A stretch of 64,000 nucleotides of DNA, taken from contig JBBIJE010000015.1 in NCBI GenBank assembly GCA_037446155.1, forward strand, positions 11,318-75,317, in the 5' to 3' direction. The translations under genes were made by a program, and so were the position numbers. This document shows, piece after piece, positions 48,445-56,706 of the stretch (the first letter of the stretch is position 1; each line of letters opens with the position of its first letter). The notes beneath the pieces were generated by a model. That model did not search any database. It was given only the letters and a program-made list of their open reading frames with translations, and was not told the origin of the DNA. The DNA is from Myxococcales bacterium. Lineage in GTDB: Bacteria; Desulfobacterota; Binatia; UTPRO1; JBBIJE01.

Positions 48445-48497
48445 GCAGAGACCCTCCCGACCCTTGGATTGCGCCCGCACTCGCTTTCTCCCCTTCC

Positions 48498-50183
48498 CTA
48501 CGGAAACAACTGGGGAACCCAAGCCTTGAACAGGTCTCGGACCACAGCCTCGTGGATACTCACTAGGCAGCTCGCCTCTCCGCTGGCGGTGGGCCGAGCC
48601 GGGTCGCACGGGTCGATGAATGGCATCACCTCCTCGGGGCAGAATTGCTCTACGGTGCCGATCATGGTATCTCGCGCCACCTCGGCCTTTCTTGCCGAGT
48701 TGGCATATTCCGTCCAGCAGTCAACCTGAGGTATCTTGCCCTTGACCATCTTCTTGGCGCAAAGACCTATGGCCCTCAGGTAGCTCTTGGTGGCGCGCAG
48801 CGAGCTCCTCAGGATCGTTTCCCGACAGTCCGCGACCAGGATCGAAGTGGAAGAGCCCAGAAAAACTCCCTGCTCGGTCAAAAGCGCCATTTGGCCTCGG
48901 CTATTGACCGCCGGTGCGTCCGGAGCAAACCCAGTGAACCTGCGGTTCGCCGGATCCGCAAGCCCTGCCTTGGCCGCAACCACCGTGAAGCTGGCGGGAC
49001 CGAAGGGCGGGGCGGAGCGAATGATTTCCCCGGGCGCCGCGCCGGGCAGCGGGTCCCCCGCCCGAAAATACACGTTGCCGAGACTATCCGATACCGGGTC
49101 ACTGAAAAGGTCGGTGGCATAGCTCCCGCCCGTTGTTTCGTCGGGGAAAAAGGTGGTAGCGTCGGCGATCATTTGGATGGTCCCGGGAAGAAAGGGGGGG
49201 CCCACGCGATAAATGCCCTGCCCCGATCCGGTAAGAGAATCGCAGTCGTCGGTAGGATCCGTAAGCGCCCTGAAGACCACGTCCCCGCCGTCGTTGATGG
49301 CCGGAGGCCCGCAGAATCGTGCTATGGTACCCCCCGTTTCTATCGGGTCACCTTTGGCTGCGGCGATCACGACGTCTCCGGTATCTGCGCTCGCTACGAA
49401 AATCGCGTCACAAAAGCCATCGGCGCCAAGGCACGCGGGATCGACATCGGTGCCCGCCACCTGACTCAAGAACGCGATGCTGTTTATCGAATTCATCGCC
49501 ACCACGCGCCGCATGGTTTCCCAGCCGCTCGAGCGCGCCTTGGCGAGATTCATGAAGAACCCGAGCACACGGCTCATCGTGGGTGCCCCGGTGGTCACCA
49601 CGGGGGTCGGCACCGCACCGAGTTCGTCGGGGAGAAAGACTACGGCTTCCAGCAATGCCCGCCAGTAAGAGACACCAGTGTGGCTGCTCGCGATCTGCCC
49701 GAACTTGCTGAAACAAGGCGAGCCGGCGAGCAAGATCTGATCCACGCTTCTATTGTTTTCGAGAATCCCTTGAATGGGCTCGCCGGGCCCCGAGCAGGAG
49801 CTGTGATATACCCCTGGCCCTCGGCTAAGCGGCAAATCATCCAGGGTCTGGAGCGTTCCTATCCCAGTGTTGTGTCCCTGGTTCGTAACGTAGGCGAGCT
49901 CGAAACCGGGCTGTTTGGTTTGAACCAGCACCTCGCATTGCGCCCCCACCGGACACTCGGGGTTGGTTGCGCCGGCCACTAGCGCCTTGAACGCTATGCG
50001 GCCGGAGTTGCTTATGCTCGGCTGGAAGAAGGCGGTGAATGTTCCTCCGACTTCTGCCGGTGCCGCATCTCCCGAAGACGCTACCTCGAAGAACGCAAAC
50101 TGCGCCCTGGCTTGACCGGGGAGCGATAGAACCAGCGCAGTCGCCACGCTCGCCGCTGATCTCGCTAGGTGCCTAAACCGCAT
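48498..50183 (-). CDS. Secreted beta-propeller with NxxGxxAF-type tandem repeats and C-terminal helical Cys-rich domain
   Basis: Signal peptide ending ARA; PSISNSGRIAF, PAINDGGDVVF, PVSDSLGNVYF, PAVNSRGQMAL. Confidence 0.75.
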   Translation of the reverse strand: MRFRHLARSAASVATALVLSLPGQARAQFAFFEVASSGDAAPAEVGGTFTAFFQPSISNSGRIAFKALVAGATNPECPVGAQCEVLVQTKQPGFELAYVTNQGHNTGIGTLQTLDDLPLSRGPGVYHSSCSGPGEPIQGILENNRSVDQILLAGSPCFSKFGQIASSHTGVSYWRALLEAVVFLPDELGAVPTPVVTTGAPTMSRVLGFFMNLAKARSSGWETMRRVVAMNSINSIAFLSQVAGTDVDPACLGADGFCDAIFVASADTGDVVIAAAKGDPIETGGTIARFCGPPAINDGGDVVFRALTDPTDDCDSLTGSGQGIYRVGPPFLPGTIQMIADATTFFPDETTGGSYATDLFSDPVSDSLGNVYFRAGDPLPGAAPGEIIRSAPPFGPASFTVVAAKAGLADPANRRFTGFAPDAPAVNSRGQMALLTEQGVFLGSSTSILVADCRETILRSSLRATKSYLRAIGLCAKKMVKGKIPQVDCWTEYANSARKAEVARDTMIGTVEQFCPEEVMPFIDPCDPARPTASGEASCLVSIHEAVVRDLFKAWVPQLFP

Positions 50184-50223
50184 GGATCCTCCACTGGGTG
50201 GTTCTACCTCTTTCCTCCTCGCT

Positions 50224-52323
50224 TCACGGCAGCGGGAAAGATCTGCCCACCGCGTCGAGAAGCTCCCCAATTCTCGGAGACTGCTTCTCGGCAAGCTGTT
50301 CAGCTCTCCTCTGGTGCTGGATGCGGATGCAGTCGGCCAGATCCGCGGCCGAAGATAGACTCGGGACGCCGAGCGAGTCGCACTGTGCCGCTTCAGCCAA
50401 GTATCCTAGACCCGTAGGATCTAGTATGTGGCTTGGGAGCAGAGGAGCAGCACCGCAGTTCTTGACGATGGTATTCCTGAGCTTGTCGGCGAGGCCCTGG
50501 CCCGGCGGAAGGGTGATCTTGCCGATCGCCTTGTCGCATTTGCTCTTCGCTTTGTTCACGCATGTCGGATCGGTCGGCTTTTTCTGGATGCAATCGCGGA
50601 CCGCACCCGCGCAGGTCTGAAGGCTCTTTAGGACCCCGAGCGCGAACTTCGCGCCCGCCTTCTTGATCGTCTGCTGGCACTTGACGGCGGCTTTGGCCAC
50701 ATCGGGATTTTGCAGGCCCGCTCCGCCGCCGTTGGCGCCGGCCTCCAGGCACGGGAACTGCTGGTTTGACGCGCCCGCACCGAAAAGGAGATCGAGCATT
50801 TCTGCCGCTCTAGGAGCCTCCTTGGCGAACATCTGCTCTAGCCTGCATTCGTGCTGCAAACCTAGGCACTCGGCCACATCGTCTATCGTGGCGGGGTTTA
50901 CGAATCCGAATAGAGCGCAGCGGTCCGCCTCTCTCGCCGCTCCATGCCCCAGCCCCTGGTTGCTAAGGAGATGGATAGGATCGAGTTGCGGCGGATCGCC
51001 CGGCTTCTTCGGGCCGCAGGCCTTGAGAATATTGATCCTTAGCTTTGCCTCGTCCCCCTTCCCTGGGTTGGTAAGAGAGTCGAGCTGCTTTTGGCACTTA
51101 GCCCGCGCCTTCAGGATGCACTCTGTATCGCCCGGCTTTCTCTGAACACAGGCAAAGGCGGCATCGACGCACTTCTCCAAGCGCTTTAGCTTGGCCGAAG
51201 CAAAGACCCCTCCCGCTTTGCTCATTGCCTTCTCGCACTTCACCGCCGCTTTGGCGGCGTCTCCCGAAAGTCCCGTTCTTCCGCCGTTCGCCCCGGGAGC
51301 GCAGTCGGAGTCTCGACTGTCGATCTGGCCGTCGCCGTCGTTGTCGATGATGTCGAAGCAGTCCTCGGTAACGGGCGTGGGCGAAGGTGAAGGCTGAGTA
51401 GTGGTCGTCGTGGTGCTGGTTGTCGTCGTAGTGGACGTGCTCGTGGACGTACTCGTGCTCGTGGTGGTAGTCGTAGTCGTTGTCGTGCTGGTTGTCGGAC
51501 TGGGGCTCGAAGTCGGTGTCGGAGGAAGCGTTGTCGTTGTACTGGTTGTGGTCGTAGTAGTCGTTGTCGTTGTAGTCGTTGTCGTCGGCGAAGGTGTCGG
51601 AGTAGGCGTCGGTAGCGGAGGCAAGGTTGTCGTCGTCGTGCTCGAAGTCGTCGTGGTGGTGGTCGAGGTCGTGGTGCTCCCGCCACTTACGCAGATATCG
51701 CCGGGGAGCTTGTCGTAGAGGATCGAACCCAAGTCATCCGGGGGGTTTCCGTCGCCGTCTTCGATCGAAATCGTGGAGCAGCCGGCAGTTTTGAGGACCC
51801 CAAAGCACGCCGTTAGCATCGTGGCATCGGCCCCGAGGTTGTCACCGAAAAGCGACGTTGAAGCGGAGCCCATTCGGCCGGGGGCTTTGAATGGGTTAGG
51901 CGTGAAGAGACTAAGGGTTTGACTTGACATGTTAACCGGCACGAGGTCGGCCGGGTCGAAGGTGAGATCGATATCGGTCGTGCTTACCGAGATGGCATTG
52001 CTCGTCTTCACGCTGACACAGCCCTGCGGTGTGCATTTTCCCGCCGCCACGCACTTCCCGATGGGATTTGGAGACTCCTTACACTGGCTGTCGGCGGTGC
52101 ATGCCGTTCCGACCTTCGGTCCTACAACGCACCAGCCCTGCGCGCACTCGGAGTCGCCGGAGCAGAGGACATTGGGATTATTGCTGCAACGGGGTTGATC
52201 GCCTGGGTCCACGGTCGTCCCGGCGACCGAGAGCGTGGTATCCGCTGCCACAGCCCAGGGAGCGGACCAGAGAAGCGTGAGCGCAGTCATGAACACCGTT
52301 GCCCGAGCGCGATTCGTTTTCAT
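50224..52323 (-). CDS. Secreted protein: cohesin-like domain, Thr-rich linker, Ca-binding motif and two helical Cys-rich domains
   Basis: Signal peptide; TLSVAGTTVDPG...IDLTFDPADL...PGRM...MLTACFGV...GDICV; poly-Thr linker; CFDIIDNDGDGQIDSRDSDC; internal ~170-aa duplication. Confidence 0.75.
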   Translation of the reverse strand: MKTNRARATVFMTALTLLWSAPWAVAADTTLSVAGTTVDPGDQPRCSNNPNVLCSGDSECAQGWCVVGPKVGTACTADSQCKESPNPIGKCVAAGKCTPQGCVSVKTSNAISVSTTDIDLTFDPADLVPVNMSSQTLSLFTPNPFKAPGRMGSASTSLFGDNLGADATMLTACFGVLKTAGCSTISIEDGDGNPPDDLGSILYDKLPGDICVSGGSTTTSTTTTTTSSTTTTTLPPLPTPTPTPSPTTTTTTTTTTTTTTSTTTTLPPTPTSSPSPTTSTTTTTTTTTSTSTSTSTSTTTTTSTTTTTTQPSPSPTPVTEDCFDIIDNDGDGQIDSRDSDCAPGANGGRTGLSGDAAKAAVKCEKAMSKAGGVFASAKLKRLEKCVDAAFACVQRKPGDTECILKARAKCQKQLDSLTNPGKGDEAKLRINILKACGPKKPGDPPQLDPIHLLSNQGLGHGAAREADRCALFGFVNPATIDDVAECLGLQHECRLEQMFAKEAPRAAEMLDLLFGAGASNQQFPCLEAGANGGGAGLQNPDVAKAAVKCQQTIKKAGAKFALGVLKSLQTCAGAVRDCIQKKPTDPTCVNKAKSKCDKAIGKITLPPGQGLADKLRNTIVKNCGAAPLLPSHILDPTGLGYLAEAAQCDSLGVPSLSSAADLADCIRIQHQRRAEQLAEKQSPRIGELLDAVGRSFPLP
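51375..51680 (-). repeat. Thr/Ser/Pro-rich linker (~100 aa, low complexity)
   Basis: Degenerate ACN codon runs encoding TTTSTTTTTT...PTPTPTPSP. Confidence 0.85.
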
Positions 52324-52372
52324 TTTTTTACCTCTTTTCCAGTGAATCTGGTTCTCACCTCGAAACCTTTCC

Positions 52373-54481
52373 TCAAGGGCAGCAGGCTCCGAGCGGAGTG
52401 CCGCTCTTCGGAATTAAACTTACGAAGATTCCAAGCGAGCTAAGCGCGTCGTTGGGATCGATCCGGCCGTTCATGTCCCAGTCGGCGACAGAGAGCCTGT
52501 AGCTATTGGTATTGCACGGAGCCGGAAAGTCGGGATCGCCGCACAGGCCTACGAAGAGGCAGAGCTGGGCCAGCGCGTCATTCGGGTCCGGCTGGTTAGG
52601 GCCGCCGCTGCAATCGACGTCCCCCAGGTTCGAGCACTTGACCTTGAGCCGGGGTATGCAGAACCCGTTAAGGCAGGACTCCGTGGTGCATTCGCTTCCG
52701 TCGTCGCAGGGATTGCCGTTCGGCTCGGCGCGGCAGGTGGCGTCGCAGCAGTCGCCACCTAGGGTGTTTCCGTCGTCGCAATCCTCGCCCACCTGGATTA
52801 TCCCATCGCCGCACTCAGGGCAGGCCGGGAGCGCGGGGTTATGGGTAAAAGTAGCGGGCGGCGTGAAGCTCGCACCGCTCATTCCGGGCGCGGTGGTGCG
52901 GTAGAAGATATCTATTGTCCCCGGCACCGTTCCGTTGGCGTTAAAAATCCCCGCCAGCGTCCCCGTGTCGTGGACGGTTACTTTTATGAGGGAGCCCGGT
53001 GCTTGGCCTCGCGCCAACACCTCTGCCGTCGGATCGCTGGTCACCGTGCAGCCGTCTACGATGATCGGACCGGCCTTCCCTGCCCTGGGCGAGCTGGCCG
53101 AGCCGTCCGACTCCAGTATGACCTTGTTGCCGAGCGTCAGGTTCTGTCCCGCCGTAAGACGGATGTCGCCACCCGCCCCACCTCCCGCAAGGCTCCTTGT
53201 GTCCAAGACGAGGCTTGCGGTCGTCGGGCTTGCGATCGTCAGGTCGTTGCCGGCAAACACCTCGAGCACTCCTCCACCACCATCTTTTCCCGCGACGGCG
53301 ATGCTGCTTGCTACGTTTACGTCAGCGCTAGAAAAGATGATCACCTCGCCACCGAAGATCTGCCACCCACTGGAGGCGATTCCCCTGCCGTCGGCGAAAA
53401 TTTCGTCCAGGACGTTGAGTGTGCGCCCCGCCGTAAGAGAGAGCGCGCCGCCGCTACCTCCGCTCTCTCCGAAAGTCCGAAGCTCACCCGACCGAAAATC
53501 CAGATCCCTCCCGGCTTCGATATCGACCTCGCCGCCATCGAAGGATCCCCCGCTGCAATCGATCGCGACCGCGTTGCTCGAGTTTATGAGAACGTCGCGG
53601 CCAGCGAACATGGTCACCTCCCCTCCACTGGTATCCACCCCTACCGGGCTTGCATCGAGCTTACCGAAGAAGTTGATGTCGTTCATGGCCAGCCAATCTG
53701 CGAAACCCGCGTCGCCACAGGCTCCGTCTTCGCTGCATCCGCCCGTTCCCCTGATGCCCACCAAAACCCCGGCATTCAGGAATATGCTCCCGCTGCTAGC
53801 CTCCACCGCGATCTCTCCGCCCCCCCCTCCACCGTTTAGATCGAACGTGCCGCTCATCGTGACATCCCCACTGTTTGACACGAGCGCGATGAACCCGCCC
53901 TCCGACTGACTTCCCCCGGTCGCCAGCAGTTCGCCGCCAGCGCTCAAGTTCCCTTCCGCCTCCACCAATATGAACCCACCGGAGCCATCTGTGCTCGACC
54001 CTTTAGCCCAGATCTTGCCGGTGGTGGTAAACGCTCCTCCCGCCTTCATGACAATCTCGCCCCCGAGCAGATCGTTCGAGACGTCGATCTTCCCGGCGAC
54101 GGTGATGTCTGTCGTCGTCTCTATGGTTATGCGCCCACCGATGATAGTGCTCGAACCCGTGGCCAAGATCTTGCCAGTGCTGGAGACACTCAAGGAAGCC
54201 GCCTTGATCGTGTACATGCCTCGAGATCCCGACGCGGCGTCGAGCGTTCCCGTTACGACCAACGCGCTCGTCCCGAAGTCCAAAACGGAGTTGGGTGTTA
54301 TCACATGCGTGCCCGTGACGGTGCACACGGGTGGAAGACCCGGACAGATGTCGTTTGCCGTGGTCGCGCGCGCGCGCGAAGGTAAAAACACCGCCGCCGC
54401 CGCGACCGCGGTTAGTCCAAGGACCAGAGAAAGGCACCGCGGCGCCTTTTCTCCGATGCGACCAGTTTCCGTGCTCGTCAT
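52373..54481 (-). CDS. Secreted adhesin-like beta-helix protein with Cys-rich repeats and C-terminal dockerin-like domain
   Basis: Signal peptide ending ARA; repeated GGxIxIxAxxxI units; CGDGIIQVGEDCDDGN; GDVDCSG...DPNDAL and ADWDMNGRIDPNDAL. Confidence 0.8.
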   Translation of the reverse strand: MTSTETGRIGEKAPRCLSLVLGLTAVAAAAVFLPSRARATTANDICPGLPPVCTVTGTHVITPNSVLDFGTSALVVTGTLDAASGSRGMYTIKAASLSVSSTGKILATGSSTIIGGRITIETTTDITVAGKIDVSNDLLGGEIVMKAGGAFTTTGKIWAKGSSTDGSGGFILVEAEGNLSAGGELLATGGSQSEGGFIALVSNSGDVTMSGTFDLNGGGGGGEIAVEASSGSIFLNAGVLVGIRGTGGCSEDGACGDAGFADWLAMNDINFFGKLDASPVGVDTSGGEVTMFAGRDVLINSSNAVAIDCSGGSFDGGEVDIEAGRDLDFRSGELRTFGESGGSGGALSLTAGRTLNVLDEIFADGRGIASSGWQIFGGEVIIFSSADVNVASSIAVAGKDGGGGVLEVFAGNDLTIASPTTASLVLDTRSLAGGGAGGDIRLTAGQNLTLGNKVILESDGSASSPRAGKAGPIIVDGCTVTSDPTAEVLARGQAPGSLIKVTVHDTGTLAGIFNANGTVPGTIDIFYRTTAPGMSGASFTPPATFTHNPALPACPECGDGIIQVGEDCDDGNTLGGDCCDATCRAEPNGNPCDDGSECTTESCLNGFCIPRLKVKCSNLGDVDCSGGPNQPDPNDALAQLCLFVGLCGDPDFPAPCNTNSYRLSVADWDMNGRIDPNDALSSLGIFVSLIPKSGTPLGACCP

Positions 54482-54521
54482 GTCAGGTTGACCTCCGCAT
54501 AGGCTGTTCCCGGTGCAGGCG

Positions 54522-55589
54522 TCACTCGCTTCCGCCTCTCGTCTCCTGGGTGGCCAAGCCGCGCCCTAGTTCCATGGCCCACTCCCTCTCCCGCCAGCGC
54601 TTGCGGAACCTCCATAGCCCCGCCAGCATCCCCGCGCCCCAAGCGACATGTACGGTAGTGAAAACCAATGGCAAAATGCAGCCGACTCTAGCCCCGTTTC
54701 TGCGCACCGCCGTTGCCGCGACGGCGCTAGCGCCTGCCCCGTAACAGGCAGCGATCAGTGCCAATGGTGCTCTGCCCCAGCCACCCGCTGGCCACAGGCA
54801 AAGCGAGCCGACAAGCGCCAGGACAAAGAGCGGGGGTACCGCATGGCGCCAACTCATCGTCTGCGGGTGCTTCTGCAACACCCTGGCCTTGTAATAGCCG
54901 TACCGCCAATATTGTCGGGCCAGTGAGCACAGCGTCGTGCGGTTTCGATAGAGCGAGCGGATCCGGGGGCACATGACCACCCGCCCGCCCGCTCTGCGCA
55001 CGCGGTAGTTGAACTCGTCGTCTTGGTTGCAAACCAGCTCCTCGTCGAACCAGCCGACCGCTTCGAAAACCGAGCGGCGGAAAACCCCCATGTAAACGCT
55101 ATCGACTTCCCGCTCCCGATCCCCGTAATGAAAATAGGAATTGCCGATACCGAAGCGGCTCGAGGTCGCCACCGCGATCGCATCTCCCACGACCCCCCCA
55201 CCCGCGCACCGCATCGGGCCGCCGACGACTTGCGCCCCCGTGCGCTCCAGACACTCGACGGCGCGCCTCACGTAATCCGAAGCCACCTCCGTGTGCCCAT
55301 CCACTCTCACGATGATCTCTCCCCTGGCGGCACGAATGGCTCGATTGAGCGCTGCCGGGACTATCCGGGTCGGATTGTCGATGATTCTTACGCGGCCATC
55401 GCGTTCTGCGATCCGCTCCACTTTGGCTCGGGAGTCATCCGTCGATTGGCCGTCGGCGACTAACACTTCCATGGAACCTTCAGGATAATCCTGGCTCAGC
55501 ACCGAACGCAGGCACCTCTCGATGGTCGGGCCCTCGTTCCGCATAGGGATTACGATCGAGACGCGCGGCCAGGTACGGTTCTCATCCAC
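54522..55589 (-). CDS. Glycosyltransferase family 2 (ExoA-like)
   Basis: VSIVIPMRNE, DGQSTD, RVDGH, NQDDEFNYR, QYWRYG. Confidence 0.92.
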   Translation of the reverse strand: MDENRTWPRVSIVIPMRNEGPTIERCLRSVLSQDYPEGSMEVLVADGQSTDDSRAKVERIAERDGRVRIIDNPTRIVPAALNRAIRAARGEIIVRVDGHTEVASDYVRRAVECLERTGAQVVGGPMRCAGGGVVGDAIAVATSSRFGIGNSYFHYGDREREVDSVYMGVFRRSVFEAVGWFDEELVCNQDDEFNYRVRRAGGRVVMCPRIRSLYRNRTTLCSLARQYWRYGYYKARVLQKHPQTMSWRHAVPPLFVLALVGSLCLWPAGGWGRAPLALIAACYGAGASAVAATAVRRNGARVGCILPLVFTTVHVAWGAGMLAGLWRFRKRWREREWAMELGRGLATQETRGGSE

Positions 55590-56706
55590 GATCGCTTCCC
55601 TCCCCCTCGTTGTCAAGCACCCGCCGGTAGAGCCGGCTTGCGGCCCCGACCATCGCTTCTAGGCTGAATTTTTTTCGTGCCGTTTCTACTGCCTGCCTGC
55701 CGATCTCCTTCGCCTTGGACCGGTCCTTGAGCAGGGCCTCCGTTCGCATGACCAAGTCGGAGACGCTCCCTGGAGGCACGAGGTATCCCGTGAGTCCGTC
55801 TTCGATGATCTCGGCGCAGCCGCCTACTTCCGTAGCGACGACCGGCACACCGCTAGCCATTGCCTCGAGCACGGCGTTGGGAGTCCCCTCCCAGTCGGAG
55901 GTGAGCCAGAACACGTCCAACTGTCGCATGAACTCCGGGATGTCGGTCCGCGGGCCGAGAAATTCCACCTCGTCGCCGACCCCCAGGCTTGCGGCCCGGA
56001 ACTTGGCCGCCGCCAACTGGCTACCGCCTCCGGCAACCAGGAAGCGGCACTCGCCTATTCTGCGGCGCAGTTCCGCTGCCGCCTCCACGAAGAGAAACGG
56101 GTTTTTCTGAAGCTCGACCCGTCCCACGGTGCCAATTACTACGGGCCCGCCGTTCGCGCTTTGCCGCCCGTTGGTGAGCGGGAAAAAGCGGCGCGGGTCG
56201 ACGCCGTTATAGATGACGACGATGCGCTCCGTCGGGGCTCCGTAAACTTCGCCGATGTAGCGGGCGACGGCGCGCGAGTTACACACGATGGCGCGGCTTG
56301 CTCGGAACGCCGCTCGATTGAGAGCACCCAGAATCCCGGGGTCGCGCTTGCAGTTGCGGGCCGAGGTAATGAGAGGAATGCCGCCCACGAGCTTCGTCGC
56401 GAGCAGGCTGTAGCGATTACCGATGAAGAGGAAGGAGTGAACGAGCTCTGCTCCATCGGAGCGAAGGCTGCGCGCCAGCTTGAGCGCCCGCAGAAAATCG
56501 GCGCCGGTGGGGATCTGCGTGACCGCTATGCCCGCCTCCTTGAGCAACCTTCCGTAAGGCTCCATGCGCGCCGACAGGCAATACACGTGCGGCTCGAACG
56601 CCTCTTCGCGCGAAAGCCCTGTGGCCAGCTCGAAAAGCTGCCCCTCGCCCCCACCCAAGCCGAGCTGACCGATCACCAAAGCTATCTTCCTCTTGGCCGG
56701 CGTCAT
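55582..56706 (-). CDS. Glycosyltransferase family 4
   Basis: GGGEGQL, IYNGVD, GRVELQKN, EGTPNAVLEAMASGVPVV. ATGA overlap with the upstream gene. Confidence 0.92.
   Translation of the reverse strand: MTPAKRKIALVIGQLGLGGGEGQLFELATGLSREEAFEPHVYCLSARMEPYGRLLKEAGIAVTQIPTGADFLRALKLARSLRSDGAELVHSFLFIGNRYSLLATKLVGGIPLITSARNCKRDPGILGALNRAAFRASRAIVCNSRAVARYIGEVYGAPTERIVVIYNGVDPRRFFPLTNGRQSANGGPVVIGTVGRVELQKNPFLFVEAAAELRRRIGECRFLVAGGGSQLAAAKFRAASLGVGDEVEFLGPRTDIPEFMRQLDVFWLTSDWEGTPNAVLEAMASGVPVVATEVGGCAEIIEDGLTGYLVPPGSVSDLVMRTEALLKDRSKAKEIGRQAVETARKKFSLEAMVGAASRLYRRVLDNEGEGSDRG

Noticed and set aside
51375-51680. GTC/GTG/GTA trinucleotide runs as a CRISPR array or microsatellite, and the poly-Val ORF at 51401-51718 (+)
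   Set aside because: These are synonymous Thr codons of an in-frame linker on the minus strand. There is no repeat-spacer structure, and the poly-Val ORF is its antisense shadow.
52324-52375. TGA after ...GACCP as possible selenocysteine read-through fusing the dockerin and cohesin genes
   Set aside because: A second in-frame TGA follows within six codons, no SECIS-like hairpin is evident, and the next gene has its own RBS and signal peptide.
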